A stretch of 64,000 bases of DNA from Candidatus Brockarchaeota archaeon (GTDB lineage: Archaea; Thermoproteota; EX4484-205; JAAOZP01). This document shows, piece by piece, positions 28,270-36,979 of the stretch. Position numbers and translations under genes: made by a program. A model generated the notes under the pieces. That model searched no databases, had not been told where the DNA came from, and saw nothing but the letters and a program-made list of their open reading frames with translations. Numbering within the stretch: position 1 is the first letter of the stretch; every line of letters begins with the position of its first letter. The DNA is taken from assembly GCA_017601225.1 (NCBI GenBank), contig JAFNIX010000002.1:52903-116902 (forward strand), given 5' to 3'.

Positions 28270-28342
28270 AATATTTTCCTCCAAGCCTTTCCAGGAAAGT
28301 TTATTTCCAACCTGTCTAAGCCTACAGCGCAGTGCGTAAGCC

Positions 28343-29263
28343 GTGCCTATAAAGGAAGTCGAGAAAATATGGTTTAACGGCAGACTCGTCGACTGGAGGG
28401 ACGCTAAGATACATGTTCTGACACATGGTCTCCATTACGGCACAGGTGTCTTCGAGGGCATAAGGGCATATGAGACCGTTAACGGCACAGCCATCTTCAG
28501 GCTCACCGACCATTTAAAGAGGCTCTACCGCTCTGCGAAAATATACTTCATGGAGATACCGTTCACGCTCGACGAGCTTAGGGAAGCGTGTAAAGCAGTA
28601 GTCAGGGAGAATCTTCTCAAAAGCGCGTACATCAGGCCAATAGTCTTCAGAGGCTATGGAGAGATGGGTCTGTACCCTTTAAACTCCCCGGTGGATGTTG
28701 CTGTAGCAGCATGGTCTTGGGGGACATACTTGGGTGACGAGGGCATTAGAAACGGCATAAGGGTTAAGACATCGTCTTTCAGAAGAATCGATGTTAACAC
28801 TATTCCGGCGGGGGTTAAGGCAACTGGACAATACATCAACAGTGTTCTAGCCAAGGTTGAAGCCAAGATGGCGGGGTACGATGAGGCGGTTATGCTTGAC
28901 TCCCGCGGCATGGTTTCAGAGGGGAGTGGGGAAAACGTTTTCATGGTGAGGAACAACGTGGTTTATACTCCGTCAACCTCGTCAGGCATACTTGAGGGGA
29001 TAACGAGGGACACCGTGTTCCACATTGTTGAAGACATGGGTTTGAAGGTTGTTGAAAGAGATCTTACAAGGGTTGATTTCTACTATGCTGACGAGGCATT
29101 CATGACTGGAACCGCTGCGGAAGTTGTGCCTGTGGTTGAGATGGATAATTACAAGATTGGCGACGGCAAGCCTGGCCCAGTCACCAGAAGAATACAGGTC
29201 GAGTTCTATAAGATAGTTAGAGGAGAATCTGGGAAATACTTACACTGGCTTGAGCCAGTTTAG
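28343..29263 (+). CDS. ilvE: Branched-chain amino acid aminotransferase
   Basis: Class IV aminotransferase pattern (GTGVFEGIRAY, GENVFMV, EGITRD). GTG start. Confidence 0.85.
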   Translation: MPIKEVEKIWFNGRLVDWRDAKIHVLTHGLHYGTGVFEGIRAYETVNGTAIFRLTDHLKRLYRSAKIYFMEIPFTLDELREACKAVVRENLLKSAYIRPIVFRGYGEMGLYPLNSPVDVAVAAWSWGTYLGDEGIRNGIRVKTSSFRRIDVNTIPAGVKATGQYINSVLAKVEAKMAGYDEAVMLDSRGMVSEGSGENVFMVRNNVVYTPSTSSGILEGITRDTVFHIVEDMGLKVVERDLTRVDFYYADEAFMTGTAAEVVPVVEMDNYKIGDGKPGPVTRRIQVEFYKIVRGESGKYLHWLEPV

Positions 29264-29305
29264 GCTAACTCAGTTTTACCCGAGGCATGTTTAGCCTAAA
29301 AAAGA

Positions 29306-30253
29306 TTAGTGTTCGAGATGCGCTAGGCCAACAATCTGTTTAACGCTGCTAAACCCTTTCAACGACAAGTATCTCCTGACGCCTTCCCCTATCTCGTTGA
29401 AAACTTTCAACCCTGATTGGCTGTGCGCTATTGCAGAACCCACTTGGACGGCTGTGGCGCCAGCTAGAATAAGCTCGACAGCACCCCTCCAATCATAGAC
29501 TCCGCCGCACCCGACTACGGGTTTTTTAATCTTCTCATAGAGCTCGAATACTATTCTAACCGCCACCGGGTGAACAGCCTTCCCCGAAAGCCCCCCGTAA
29601 ATGTTTGAGAGAATCGGCCTCATAGCGTTAACGTCAATAGCCATCCCCCTGACCGTGTTTATCGCCGTTATCGCGTCCGCACCAGCCTCAACAGCAGTCC
29701 TAGCGTTGGTGACAAAATCCGTAACGTTAGGACTTATCTTGACTAGAACAGGTTTACCGGTGGAGCCTCGGACGGCTTTAACAATCCCCCTGACCCTTGA
29801 AGCGTCAGCACCAACCTCAATCCCAAGGTTCTCCACATGGGGGCATGAAAGGTTCACCTCAAAACCGTCTGACACGTTGTCCAGCTCTTTAACCATCTCC
29901 TCCGCCTCATTCTCGTCAGAAGGCCCTATGCTAACTATCAAAGGTATTTCCAAACCCCTTCTTACAGATTCCAGTTCAACCCTATAGTTCGAGTAACCCG
30001 GGTTCGGCAGGCCCATCGCGTTCAGCAAGCCGTAACCCAAGTCGACGACGGTAGGGTTCTCGAAGCCCGTTCTCGGCCGGTATGTAACTGTTTTCGTGAC
30101 AACTGCTCCGACATAAGGGTTGGTTGAGACAAGCCTTATCAGGCTTCCCGAAGACCCTAGTACGCCGGAAGCAACCATCAGCGGCGACCTGAGGACTAGG
30201 CCTGCAACCTCCACCTCGATGTTGGGATGCATACCGGTTTCAGCATGTTTCAA
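29306..30253 (-). CDS. pyrD: Dihydroorotate dehydrogenase catalytic subunit (class 1B)
   Basis: TIM-barrel DHODH motifs (MVASGVLG, NLSCPH, GGVYDW) in the same cluster as pyrK. Confidence 0.85.
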   Translation of the reverse strand: MKHAETGMHPNIEVEVAGLVLRSPLMVASGVLGSSGSLIRLVSTNPYVGAVVTKTVTYRPRTGFENPTVVDLGYGLLNAMGLPNPGYSNYRVELESVRRGLEIPLIVSIGPSDENEAEEMVKELDNVSDGFEVNLSCPHVENLGIEVGADASRVRGIVKAVRGSTGKPVLVKISPNVTDFVTNARTAVEAGADAITAINTVRGMAIDVNAMRPILSNIYGGLSGKAVHPVAVRIVFELYEKIKKPVVGCGGVYDWRGAVELILAGATAVQVGSAIAHSQSGLKVFNEIGEGVRRYLSLKGFSSVKQIVGLAHLEH

Positions 30254-30348
30254 ACTTTATTAACCTTGCCAATGCTCCGCGTGGCTACTCACTGTTCAGA
30301 AAAACTTTGGTAAGCCTGATTTCCAAGGATTTTTGAAGCCTGTTTTTT

Positions 30349-31656
30349 CTACGGGTGTTTTAATCCATATATTTTTCCAAAGCCTCTTGAAACCATTATC
30401 TCGTTGTCCTGGAAAACAAGCTCACCCCTGACCAGGGTTGCTTTAACCCTGCCCTTGAGAACCCTGTTTTTAAAGGGAGAATGCTTCGCCTTCGTGTAGA
30501 AATCCTCTGGATTAACCCGCCACTCCTCCTTGGGGTTGAAAACCGTCAGGTTGGCAACATTCCCCTCAACAATGCCTCCCAGCTTAGTGTCGCCAAGAAA
30601 GCCCGCAGGCCCCTTCGTCAACGCTTCCAAAACCCTATGGAGATTCAAAAAACCCCTGTTAACCATGTCTAAAAGAACTGGGAAAGCTGTTTCAAACCCA
30701 GGTATTCCGGATGGAACCTCGTCGTAAAGCGTCGCGCTCTTCTCCTCAACCGTGTGCGGAGCATGGTCTGTAGCAACAATCGGAATCTCCCCCTTGTTAA
30801 GGCTCTCAACCAGCATGCTTCTCTCCTCAGGGCTTCTAAGAGGAGGGTTAACCTTACAAATGCTCCCCATGGAAGACAGGTCTTCGTCACTAAGAGCCAG
30901 ATGGTTCACGCTCACGTCGAACGTGAAACCGTTCACCCTGGCCTTTCTAATGCTCCTCACGCTTGTTAAATGAGTCGCGTGGGAACCGGGTTCTGAAAGC
31001 TTTCTGAAGAGGTCGAGGGCTGAAAGCTCAGCTTCCAGAGGCCTTATGAAGCCGTGTTTCTCAACACCCTTCAACTGCGCGGGGTATCTACTCCTGTTTT
31101 CCTTTACGACTGAAAGATCCTCTGGATGGAAGACTATTTTCCTCCCGGATTCCGCTACAGTCTTCAGCATCCCGGCTAACTCACCCCGTTCAGCTCCACA
31201 GTAATCCTCAGGGTAAAGCTTAACCCCTATTGCAACAGTGTTGAGAAGCTTTTCAAGCTCCCTCCTGTTTTCAGGCTTCCCGAAATAGAACCCGACGTCG
31301 ACAACTATTTTATCACTGGCCTCCTCAATTTTCTCCATCATTCTGAGATGATTGTTGGTAGGGGGCTCAGTGTTAGGCATGTCAAGTACAAGGGTGAATC
31401 CCCCTGCGGCCGCGGCGCAAGTCCCCGTTAGGAAGTCCTCTTTATGCTTGAGCCTCATCCCCCTGAGATGCACGTGAATATCTATCAACCCTGGGACTAT
31501 GATTAGCCTTCCAAAGTCAATCTTCTCGTCGTAAGAGGGAGCGTTAGCCTCCTTGCCGATGAAGACTATGTCTCCCCCGCTTACACCCACACACCCCTCT
31601 ATGAAGTCACCCTCATGGTATATTCTGCCAGTTAGAATCCTGTCCAAGTGCGTCAT
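30349..31656 (-). CDS. pyrC: Dihydroorotase
   Basis: GLIDIHVHLRG metal-binding motif and ATDHAPH. Overlaps pyrK by 4 nt. Confidence 0.85.
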   Translation of the reverse strand: MTHLDRILTGRIYHEGDFIEGCVGVSGGDIVFIGKEANAPSYDEKIDFGRLIIVPGLIDIHVHLRGMRLKHKEDFLTGTCAAAAGGFTLVLDMPNTEPPTNNHLRMMEKIEEASDKIVVDVGFYFGKPENRRELEKLLNTVAIGVKLYPEDYCGAERGELAGMLKTVAESGRKIVFHPEDLSVVKENRSRYPAQLKGVEKHGFIRPLEAELSALDLFRKLSEPGSHATHLTSVRSIRKARVNGFTFDVSVNHLALSDEDLSSMGSICKVNPPLRSPEERSMLVESLNKGEIPIVATDHAPHTVEEKSATLYDEVPSGIPGFETAFPVLLDMVNRGFLNLHRVLEALTKGPAGFLGDTKLGGIVEGNVANLTVFNPKEEWRVNPEDFYTKAKHSPFKNRVLKGRVKATLVRGELVFQDNEIMVSRGFGKIYGLKHP

Positions 31657-32462
31657 TGAACTATTTCAATCCTCCTGCCAGCCTCGTCCCTCATGAATCT
31701 TCCGAAATCTGAGCCCAGGATTTTCTCACCGTTGAAAACCGGCCCGTCTACGCAGACCCTTAGCCCAAGAGGGTCGAGCACGCATGACCCGCAGACTCCC
31801 AGACCGCATTTAACAATTCTAACCAGTGAAACCTGGCAGGAAACACCGTGTTCAACGCACTTCTCAGCTATCTTAACCATCATTCTCTCAGGCCCGATCG
31901 TGAGAACGTTTTCGAAACGGTTTCTCGAAGCCACTTCCACGAAGAACTCTGGCAGGGTTCCCTTGAAGCCTTCACTCCCATCGTCAGTCGCCACCTGGAA
32001 CCTTGCTCCCAGCTCCCTTAGTCTCTGCACATAGACTAGGCTCTCCCTATTCCTTGCCCCGACTAGGAAAAGCGTTTCAACACCCTTTCTAACAAGGCTC
32101 AGGTAGGCTGGTGTCAGGGACGCTGCCCCAGTTCCTCCCCCGACAAGCAGGTATCTTCCTGGGAGGCTGAGGTTGAAGCCATTGCCATAGGGGCCTCTCA
32201 GGAAAACCTTTTCACCAGGCTTGAGCGACGCTAGCCTGCTGGAAGTGAAACCCACTTTCTCTATTGTCAGGCAGAGTGTTTCACCCTCCGCAAGAGACGG
32301 CGTTATAGGTATCTCTCCGTCTCCAGGCCTCCAAACCATTAGGAATTGCCCCGGCGCTATTTTCAGTTCCTCACTAAGCTTGAGGACCAGAGTGTTAACC
32401 CTGCCAGTCTCGCTAATGTTGGAGGCAACGTTAGCCTCTAAATAATAGTGGGAAGCGTTCAT
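31653..32462 (-). CDS. pyrK: Dihydroorotate dehydrogenase electron-transfer subunit
   Basis: FAD/NAD-binding ferredoxin-reductase-like fold (GGGTGAA) and a C-terminal 2Fe-2S cysteine cluster CGLGVCGSC...C. Confidence 0.8.
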   Translation of the reverse strand: MNASHYYLEANVASNISETGRVNTLVLKLSEELKIAPGQFLMVWRPGDGEIPITPSLAEGETLCLTIEKVGFTSSRLASLKPGEKVFLRGPYGNGFNLSLPGRYLLVGGGTGAASLTPAYLSLVRKGVETLFLVGARNRESLVYVQRLRELGARFQVATDDGSEGFKGTLPEFFVEVASRNRFENVLTIGPERMMVKIAEKCVEHGVSCQVSLVRIVKCGLGVCGSCVLDPLGLRVCVDGPVFNGEKILGSDFGRFMRDEAGRRIEIVQ

Positions 32463-32466
32463 GCCG

Positions 32467-33411
32467 CTATATCAAGCCCTCTTGAACCCTCTCCATTTCC
32501 GTGAGGATTAGGCTTAGAACAGCCATTCTCACAGGTATGCTGAAGTAAACCTGTTTGAAATATGCGGCGTAAGGTGTGTCGTCGACCTCGCTTGAAAGCT
32601 CCCAGACTCTTGGGAGAGGATGGAGTATCCTCAGCCCCCTGCTCGCCGGCTCAAGCGTTTTCAAAGTTATAGAGTAGCTTCCCTTCAGCGTCTCAGCCTC
32701 ACCCCTATTGCTGAACCTCTCAACCTGAAGCCTGACAACGTAAAGTATGTCGAGCACGCTTATCAAGTCCTCAATCCTCTCGTAATGGTTGAGCTTAACA
32801 CCCCTGTCATTCATCTCTTTAACGAAGACATCCTCAGGCATAAGCTCCCTCGGCGTTATCAGGTTAACCTCTCTGACTCCGAACAGGCTTAAACCTCTTA
32901 TGAAGTCCTTAGCAGCCCTAGCATGCTTCACGTCGCCCATCACGCCGTAGTTCAACCCTTCAACCATGCCCTTCTCCTTGAAAACGGTGTAAAGGTCGAT
33001 GAGTGCCTGAGTGGGATGGCGGCTCTGCCCCTCTCCAGCGTTTATCAACGGTTTCTTAGCAAGCTGGGCAAGCCTACGCATCACACCGTCTTCCCGGTGT
33101 CTCACAACTATTACGTCGCTATAGTTGTCAAGCATTCTAATAGTGTCTTCGAGGCTCTCACCCTTTTCAACAGACGTGCCCTCAGCGGAGGAGAAGCCTA
33201 TAACGGATCCTCCGAGCCTATGCATCGCCGACTCGAAGCTGAGCCTTGTCCTCGTACTAGGCTCGAAGAAGGCTGCAGCCATGATTTTTCCCTCAAGCAT
33301 CTTCGTCGGCGCCAGCCCAGCCTCCAGGAAGACATCCGCCTGCTTAAACAGGGTTTCAACGTCTCTCCTAGTGAACTCGGTTAAGTCTATCAGATCCCTG
33401 TTCCTCCACAT
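32467..33411 (-). CDS. pyrB: Aspartate carbamoyltransferase catalytic chain
   Basis: STRTRLSFE, HPTQAL and HPLPR motifs. Confidence 0.9.
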   Translation of the reverse strand: MWRNRDLIDLTEFTRRDVETLFKQADVFLEAGLAPTKMLEGKIMAAAFFEPSTRTRLSFESAMHRLGGSVIGFSSAEGTSVEKGESLEDTIRMLDNYSDVIVVRHREDGVMRRLAQLAKKPLINAGEGQSRHPTQALIDLYTVFKEKGMVEGLNYGVMGDVKHARAAKDFIRGLSLFGVREVNLITPRELMPEDVFVKEMNDRGVKLNHYERIEDLISVLDILYVVRLQVERFSNRGEAETLKGSYSITLKTLEPASRGLRILHPLPRVWELSSEVDDTPYAAYFKQVYFSIPVRMAVLSLILTEMERVQEGLI

Positions 33412-34021
33412 TTCGAAAACCCTCCAAATATTTCATTATCCTCTCATATTCCAACTCTGATATAAGCTTGTCCTCGCGAAGTATTTTGAGAAAGCAGTCT
33501 ATCCTTACAACTGAGTAAGCCGTAACCCCTGCTTCACTAAGCCTTTTAGCACCGTTTTGAAGCCTGTCTAGGAAGACGAGCGCGTAAACTACTCTTCCCC
33601 CTGAAGCACTTACCGATTTAACGGCGCCCATAATGCTTCCACCAGTTGTTAAAACATCGTCTACAACAACCACCCTGCTCCCGGCTTCAAGCTCTCCTTC
33701 AACAAGCCTCCCAGTCCCATGCATTCTTTCACCACTCCTAACGTAAACCATCGGCAAACCGGTTTTGAAAGATATTAGCGTTGCGATAGGTATGCCAGCG
33801 GTTTCAACACCCGCCACAACGTCGAAGCCCTCCCCGATCATCCTCATCCTGCCAATATAGGAGTCGACGAGCCTTTCGAAAAGCCTCGGCCTGGAAACCA
33901 GAGTCCTCAGATCAACATAGTAGGGGCTTAACCCTCCTGAAGTCAGCCTGAAATCTCCAGTTTTAAAGGCGCCAGCCCTGTAAATATCTTTAACAAGCTC
34001 TCTGAGCAAGGATTCTTCCAT
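33368..34021 (-). CDS. pyrE: Orotate phosphoribosyltransferase
   Basis: PRPP-binding motif VVVVDDVLTTGGS. The 3' end overlaps pyrB by 44 nt. Confidence 0.85.
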   Translation of the reverse strand: MEESLLRELVKDIYRAGAFKTGDFRLTSGGLSPYYVDLRTLVSRPRLFERLVDSYIGRMRMIGEGFDVVAGVETAGIPIATLISFKTGLPMVYVRSGERMHGTGRLVEGELEAGSRVVVVDDVLTTGGSIMGAVKSVSASGGRVVYALVFLDRLQNGAKRLSEAGVTAYSVVRIDCFLKILREDKLISELEYERIMKYLEGFRNVEEQGSDRLNRVH

Positions 34022-34727
34022 GCTCCCTTTTCACCTCCAATGCTTTTTCAACAGGGTTCAAGGAACCAGTTATGCTCCTTCCAATTATCTCGAAGTCAGC
34101 CCCGGCTGAAAGCCCAGCGCCGTAGGGTGCTCCCTGAACACCCACGCCCGGGGTCAGTATTAGAAGACTGCTTCCAGCCGTCTTCCTCACCTCCTCAACT
34201 ATTCTGAGCCTTGTAGCTGGAGCAACAACCCCATCCGCCCCGTGTTTTAAAGCGGTTTGAACAAGCCCGCCTACAACAGGGTCTATGAAATCCCTTGAGC
34301 CAGGGTGGCTCATGCTCACCACGATTATCACCCCTTTAGAAAGCCGTTTAGCCTCCTTGAAAAGACCTTCTAAACCACCCTCGTACCCTATGAAGCCGTG
34401 CGAAATAATAGCGTCGAAACCCGCCTCGTAGAGAAGCCTGGAAGTAAGGCTGTTCACATGCGAAACGTCAGCCATCTTAACGTCCGATATGAACACGTAA
34501 TCCTCGTTAAACCTTTTAACAAGCCTGCTGAGACTATTTAGACCGGTTGAAAGCATCGTTGGCAAACCTATCTTAATCCCAGCCACGTGTTCACAAAGGC
34601 TTTCACACAGTGCGCTTAGCCTGCTAACAGCCTCCTCACCATTATGCTCGTCGAAAGCCAACACTATTCTGCTTTCCTTCTCAAAAGCCTTCTCAAGGAT
34701 TCTTCTTCTAAACCCGCTTTCCAACAT
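33990..34727 (-). CDS. pyrF: Orotidine 5'-phosphate decarboxylase
   Basis: IVLAFDE, IKIG and DVKMADV motifs. Overlaps pyrE by 32 nt. Confidence 0.8.
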   Translation of the reverse strand: MLESGFRRRILEKAFEKESRIVLAFDEHNGEEAVSRLSALCESLCEHVAGIKIGLPTMLSTGLNSLSRLVKRFNEDYVFISDVKMADVSHVNSLTSRLLYEAGFDAIISHGFIGYEGGLEGLFKEAKRLSKGVIIVVSMSHPGSRDFIDPVVGGLVQTALKHGADGVVAPATRLRIVEEVRKTAGSSLLILTPGVGVQGAPYGAGLSAGADFEIIGRSITGSLNPVEKALEVKREHGRILAQRAC

Positions 34728-34772
34728 CGTTCTTCACGCTTGACGCAGGCTTATTTTCTTTGCGGATAACCT

Positions 34773-34780
34773 TTAAATAG
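34773..34780 (+). promoter_or_regulatory. TATA-like box TTTAAATA upstream of carA
   Basis: It lies 35 nt upstream of the carA GTG (34815), in the 87-bp pyrF/carA divergent spacer. Confidence 0.35.
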
Positions 34781-34814
34781 ACGGTTTGGCAACCTTTCCT
34801 CCTCGAATAAATCT

Positions 34815-35936
34815 GTGACGAAAAACAAGTATGGGAGTAAGAAGGCTGTAATAGTTCTTGCAGACGGGACTGTTGTCCACGGGGAAGGCTTCGGCGCCGT
34901 AGGCGAGGTTGACGGCGAGTTCGTCTTCAACACTGGAATGGTTGGATACGTGGAGTCCATAACAGACCCATCTTACTGGGGTCAAATACTTATTCAAACC
35001 TATCCGTTAATAGGAAACTATGGTGTTAACCCTGAGGATTTCGAGTCGGACAGGCCTAAGATCAGGGGTTTCGTAGTCAGGGAGTGTATAGACACTCCCA
35101 GCCACCGTACCTCAGTGATGTCCCTGCCCGAATGGCTTGAGAAGGAATCCATACCGGGTATTTCAAGAGTTGACACGAGAATGCTGACTCAGAAGATAAG
35201 AGTCAAGGGGACTCAGCTAGGGATTTTAAAAGTGTATTATGATTATGAGAAAGTGGACATCGACGAGCTCGTGGAGAAAGCTAAGAAAGTTCAGGATCCT
35301 AACAGGAGAAACCTTGCTGCAGAAGTCTCCACCAGAAAGATTAAAGAGCATACTCCTTCTAAAGAGAACGGCTACACAATAGTTCTTCTAGATTTCGGCG
35401 TCAAGAAGTCGATCATACTAAACCTGCTGGAGCTGGGTTTCAAAGTAATCCAGGTTCCACATGATACTTCTTTGGAGAAAATCATGAGTTTTGAGCCTGA
35501 TGGGGTTCTCGTTTCAAACGGGCCCGGAGACCCGGCAATACTCGACTATGCTTTCAAAAACGTTAAGGGGCTGATTGAATACAATCTTCCTGTCTTCGGA
35601 ATATGTCTTGGGAACCAGTTGATCTCCCTAGCCCTTGGAGCAACAACTTACAAGTTGAAATTCGGCCACAGGGGCCAGAATCATCCGTCCATAGACCTTG
35701 AGACAGGCAGGGTTCTCATAACCAGCCAGAACCATGGTTTCGCAGTCAGCAAGGAGAGCCTCGGAGACTCAGGGCTGAAGATTACACACCTGAACGTAAA
35801 CGACGGGACGGTGGAAGGTGTTGAAATGGATGATAAACCCGTGTTCGGCGTACAGTTCCACCCGGAGGCTTCACCAGGACCTTTTGACGCAAGAATATAT
35901 TTCAAGAAGTTTCAGAATCTTGTTGAGAAAGAATAA
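34815..35936 (+). CDS. carA: Carbamoyl-phosphate synthase small (glutaminase) subunit
   Basis: CPSase_sm N-domain (VFNTGMVGYVESITDPSY) and the GATase triad region GICLGNQL, FHPE. No carB follows. Confidence 0.9.
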   Translation: MTKNKYGSKKAVIVLADGTVVHGEGFGAVGEVDGEFVFNTGMVGYVESITDPSYWGQILIQTYPLIGNYGVNPEDFESDRPKIRGFVVRECIDTPSHRTSVMSLPEWLEKESIPGISRVDTRMLTQKIRVKGTQLGILKVYYDYEKVDIDELVEKAKKVQDPNRRNLAAEVSTRKIKEHTPSKENGYTIVLLDFGVKKSIILNLLELGFKVIQVPHDTSLEKIMSFEPDGVLVSNGPGDPAILDYAFKNVKGLIEYNLPVFGICLGNQLISLALGATTYKLKFGHRGQNHPSIDLETGRVLITSQNHGFAVSKESLGDSGLKITHLNVNDGTVEGVEMDDKPVFGVQFHPEASPGPFDARIYFKKFQNLVEKE

Positions 35937-36523
35937 AAACAGAAGTTGAATTGAAAATTCTCAGAATGCGCCTGTTCTTCCTTCAATAAGAGAACAAATC
36001 GGATAATGCATAATCTATTAGTTTATGCCTAACAACTATTATGATCCTGTTCTAATCCGTTGTCAAAGGTTCCAGGTTGAGACTACCCGGCAAGCTTGAG
36101 AAACCCAACCGCTGGACTCCAACACTCCTTTTAGTTCAAGAATGAATAGACCCTGTGATTCACATCGGGGAGTCGAATCCGAGGCCATTCTCCTGCTTCC
36201 TTTAATACTTCTACATGCTCTACATTTGATTCTGTAAGTTAGTATTCTCTCCAGCCTTAGACAAGAATCCCCTATATCCGGATATCTTAGCTGAAAAATG
36301 ATGGATTAGCCAATCCCTTTTTCCGGCATTAATGACTGGAATGGCGTGAACCAAGACTAGAAGCTGCTTAAAACATCCATGTCTATCTTTTCATCGTAAT
36401 ACTATATTGAAAAGATTTATTGGCACATTGAATATCTCCCTGGTTCCTGGGAACGGTTTCGACACGCCGCGTGTCTTCAACTTGAAACTCGACGTTTCCA
36501 CCACCATTTTTCTACACGTGTTT

Positions 36524-36979
36524 TCAGTTTCCACTAGGCTCTTGCTGTCTCAGCCTCTCCGTCTTCCTAAGCCTCACCTGCAGAATCCCGTTAACATACT
36601 TATTGTCCTCCAGTACAACGTTTTTCGGCACCCGTATTCTTTTTAGAAAGCCTTCCCCTCCCCTCACCTCCAACACGCCTCTAACAACTTTCACTTTAAC
36701 CTCGTGTGCTGGGCCGGGCACCTTAGCCACAAACGTTACGTTTTCTTCCTCTTCAATAAGATCGTAGAACCATTCGCGCTCCCATAAAGTAGGAGCTTTC
36801 TGCTCCTTGAGAATCCTCTTAATCTCAATCACCCAGTATATTAAAGCCATGGTCGCAATGACACCGATGATAAAGCCCAGTACTCCACCTTTCATTTTGA
36901 AAAAGATGATTAAGAGTATGATTACGATGCCTATGATCACCGTCAGCAGCAAACCTCCCAGCTGCTCATCCCGTTTCAT
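36524..36979 (-). CDS. Membrane-anchored minimal Hsp20/alpha-crystallin-like protein
   Basis: Two N-terminal TM helices (LLLTVIIGIVIILLIIFF, VLGFIIGVIATMALIYWVI), then DLIEEEENVTFVAKVPGPAHEVKVKVVRGVLEVRG...RIRVPKNVVLEDNKYVNGILQVRLRK. This matches the ACD pattern (PG, L.I.G, LP, NG(I/V)L.(I/V).L.K) but is shortened. Confidence 0.55.
   Translation of the reverse strand: MKRDEQLGGLLLTVIIGIVIILLIIFFKMKGGVLGFIIGVIATMALIYWVIEIKRILKEQKAPTLWEREWFYDLIEEEENVTFVAKVPGPAHEVKVKVVRGVLEVRGGEGFLKRIRVPKNVVLEDNKYVNGILQVRLRKTERLRQQEPSGN

Noticed and set aside
36160-36190. tRNA T-arm-like string GGGGAGTCGAATCCGAGGCC in the carA/sHSP spacer, a possible att remnant
   Set aside because: The flanks of the GTCGAAT loop cannot form a 5-bp T-stem, there is no acceptor complement nearby, and it does not match the 3' part of the tRNA-Gln in this window.
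36285-36345. Possible C/D-box sRNA (AATGATGG … ATGACTGG) in the same spacer
   Set aside because: The boxes deviate from RUGAUGA/CUGA, no terminal D box with a complementary kink-turn stem was found, and the spacing does not fit the C-D'-C'-D layout.
36407-36646. 79-aa plus-strand ORF at the edge of the long spacer
   Set aside because: Its second half is antisense to the 3' end of the sHSP-like gene, and the translation is low-complexity with no motifs.
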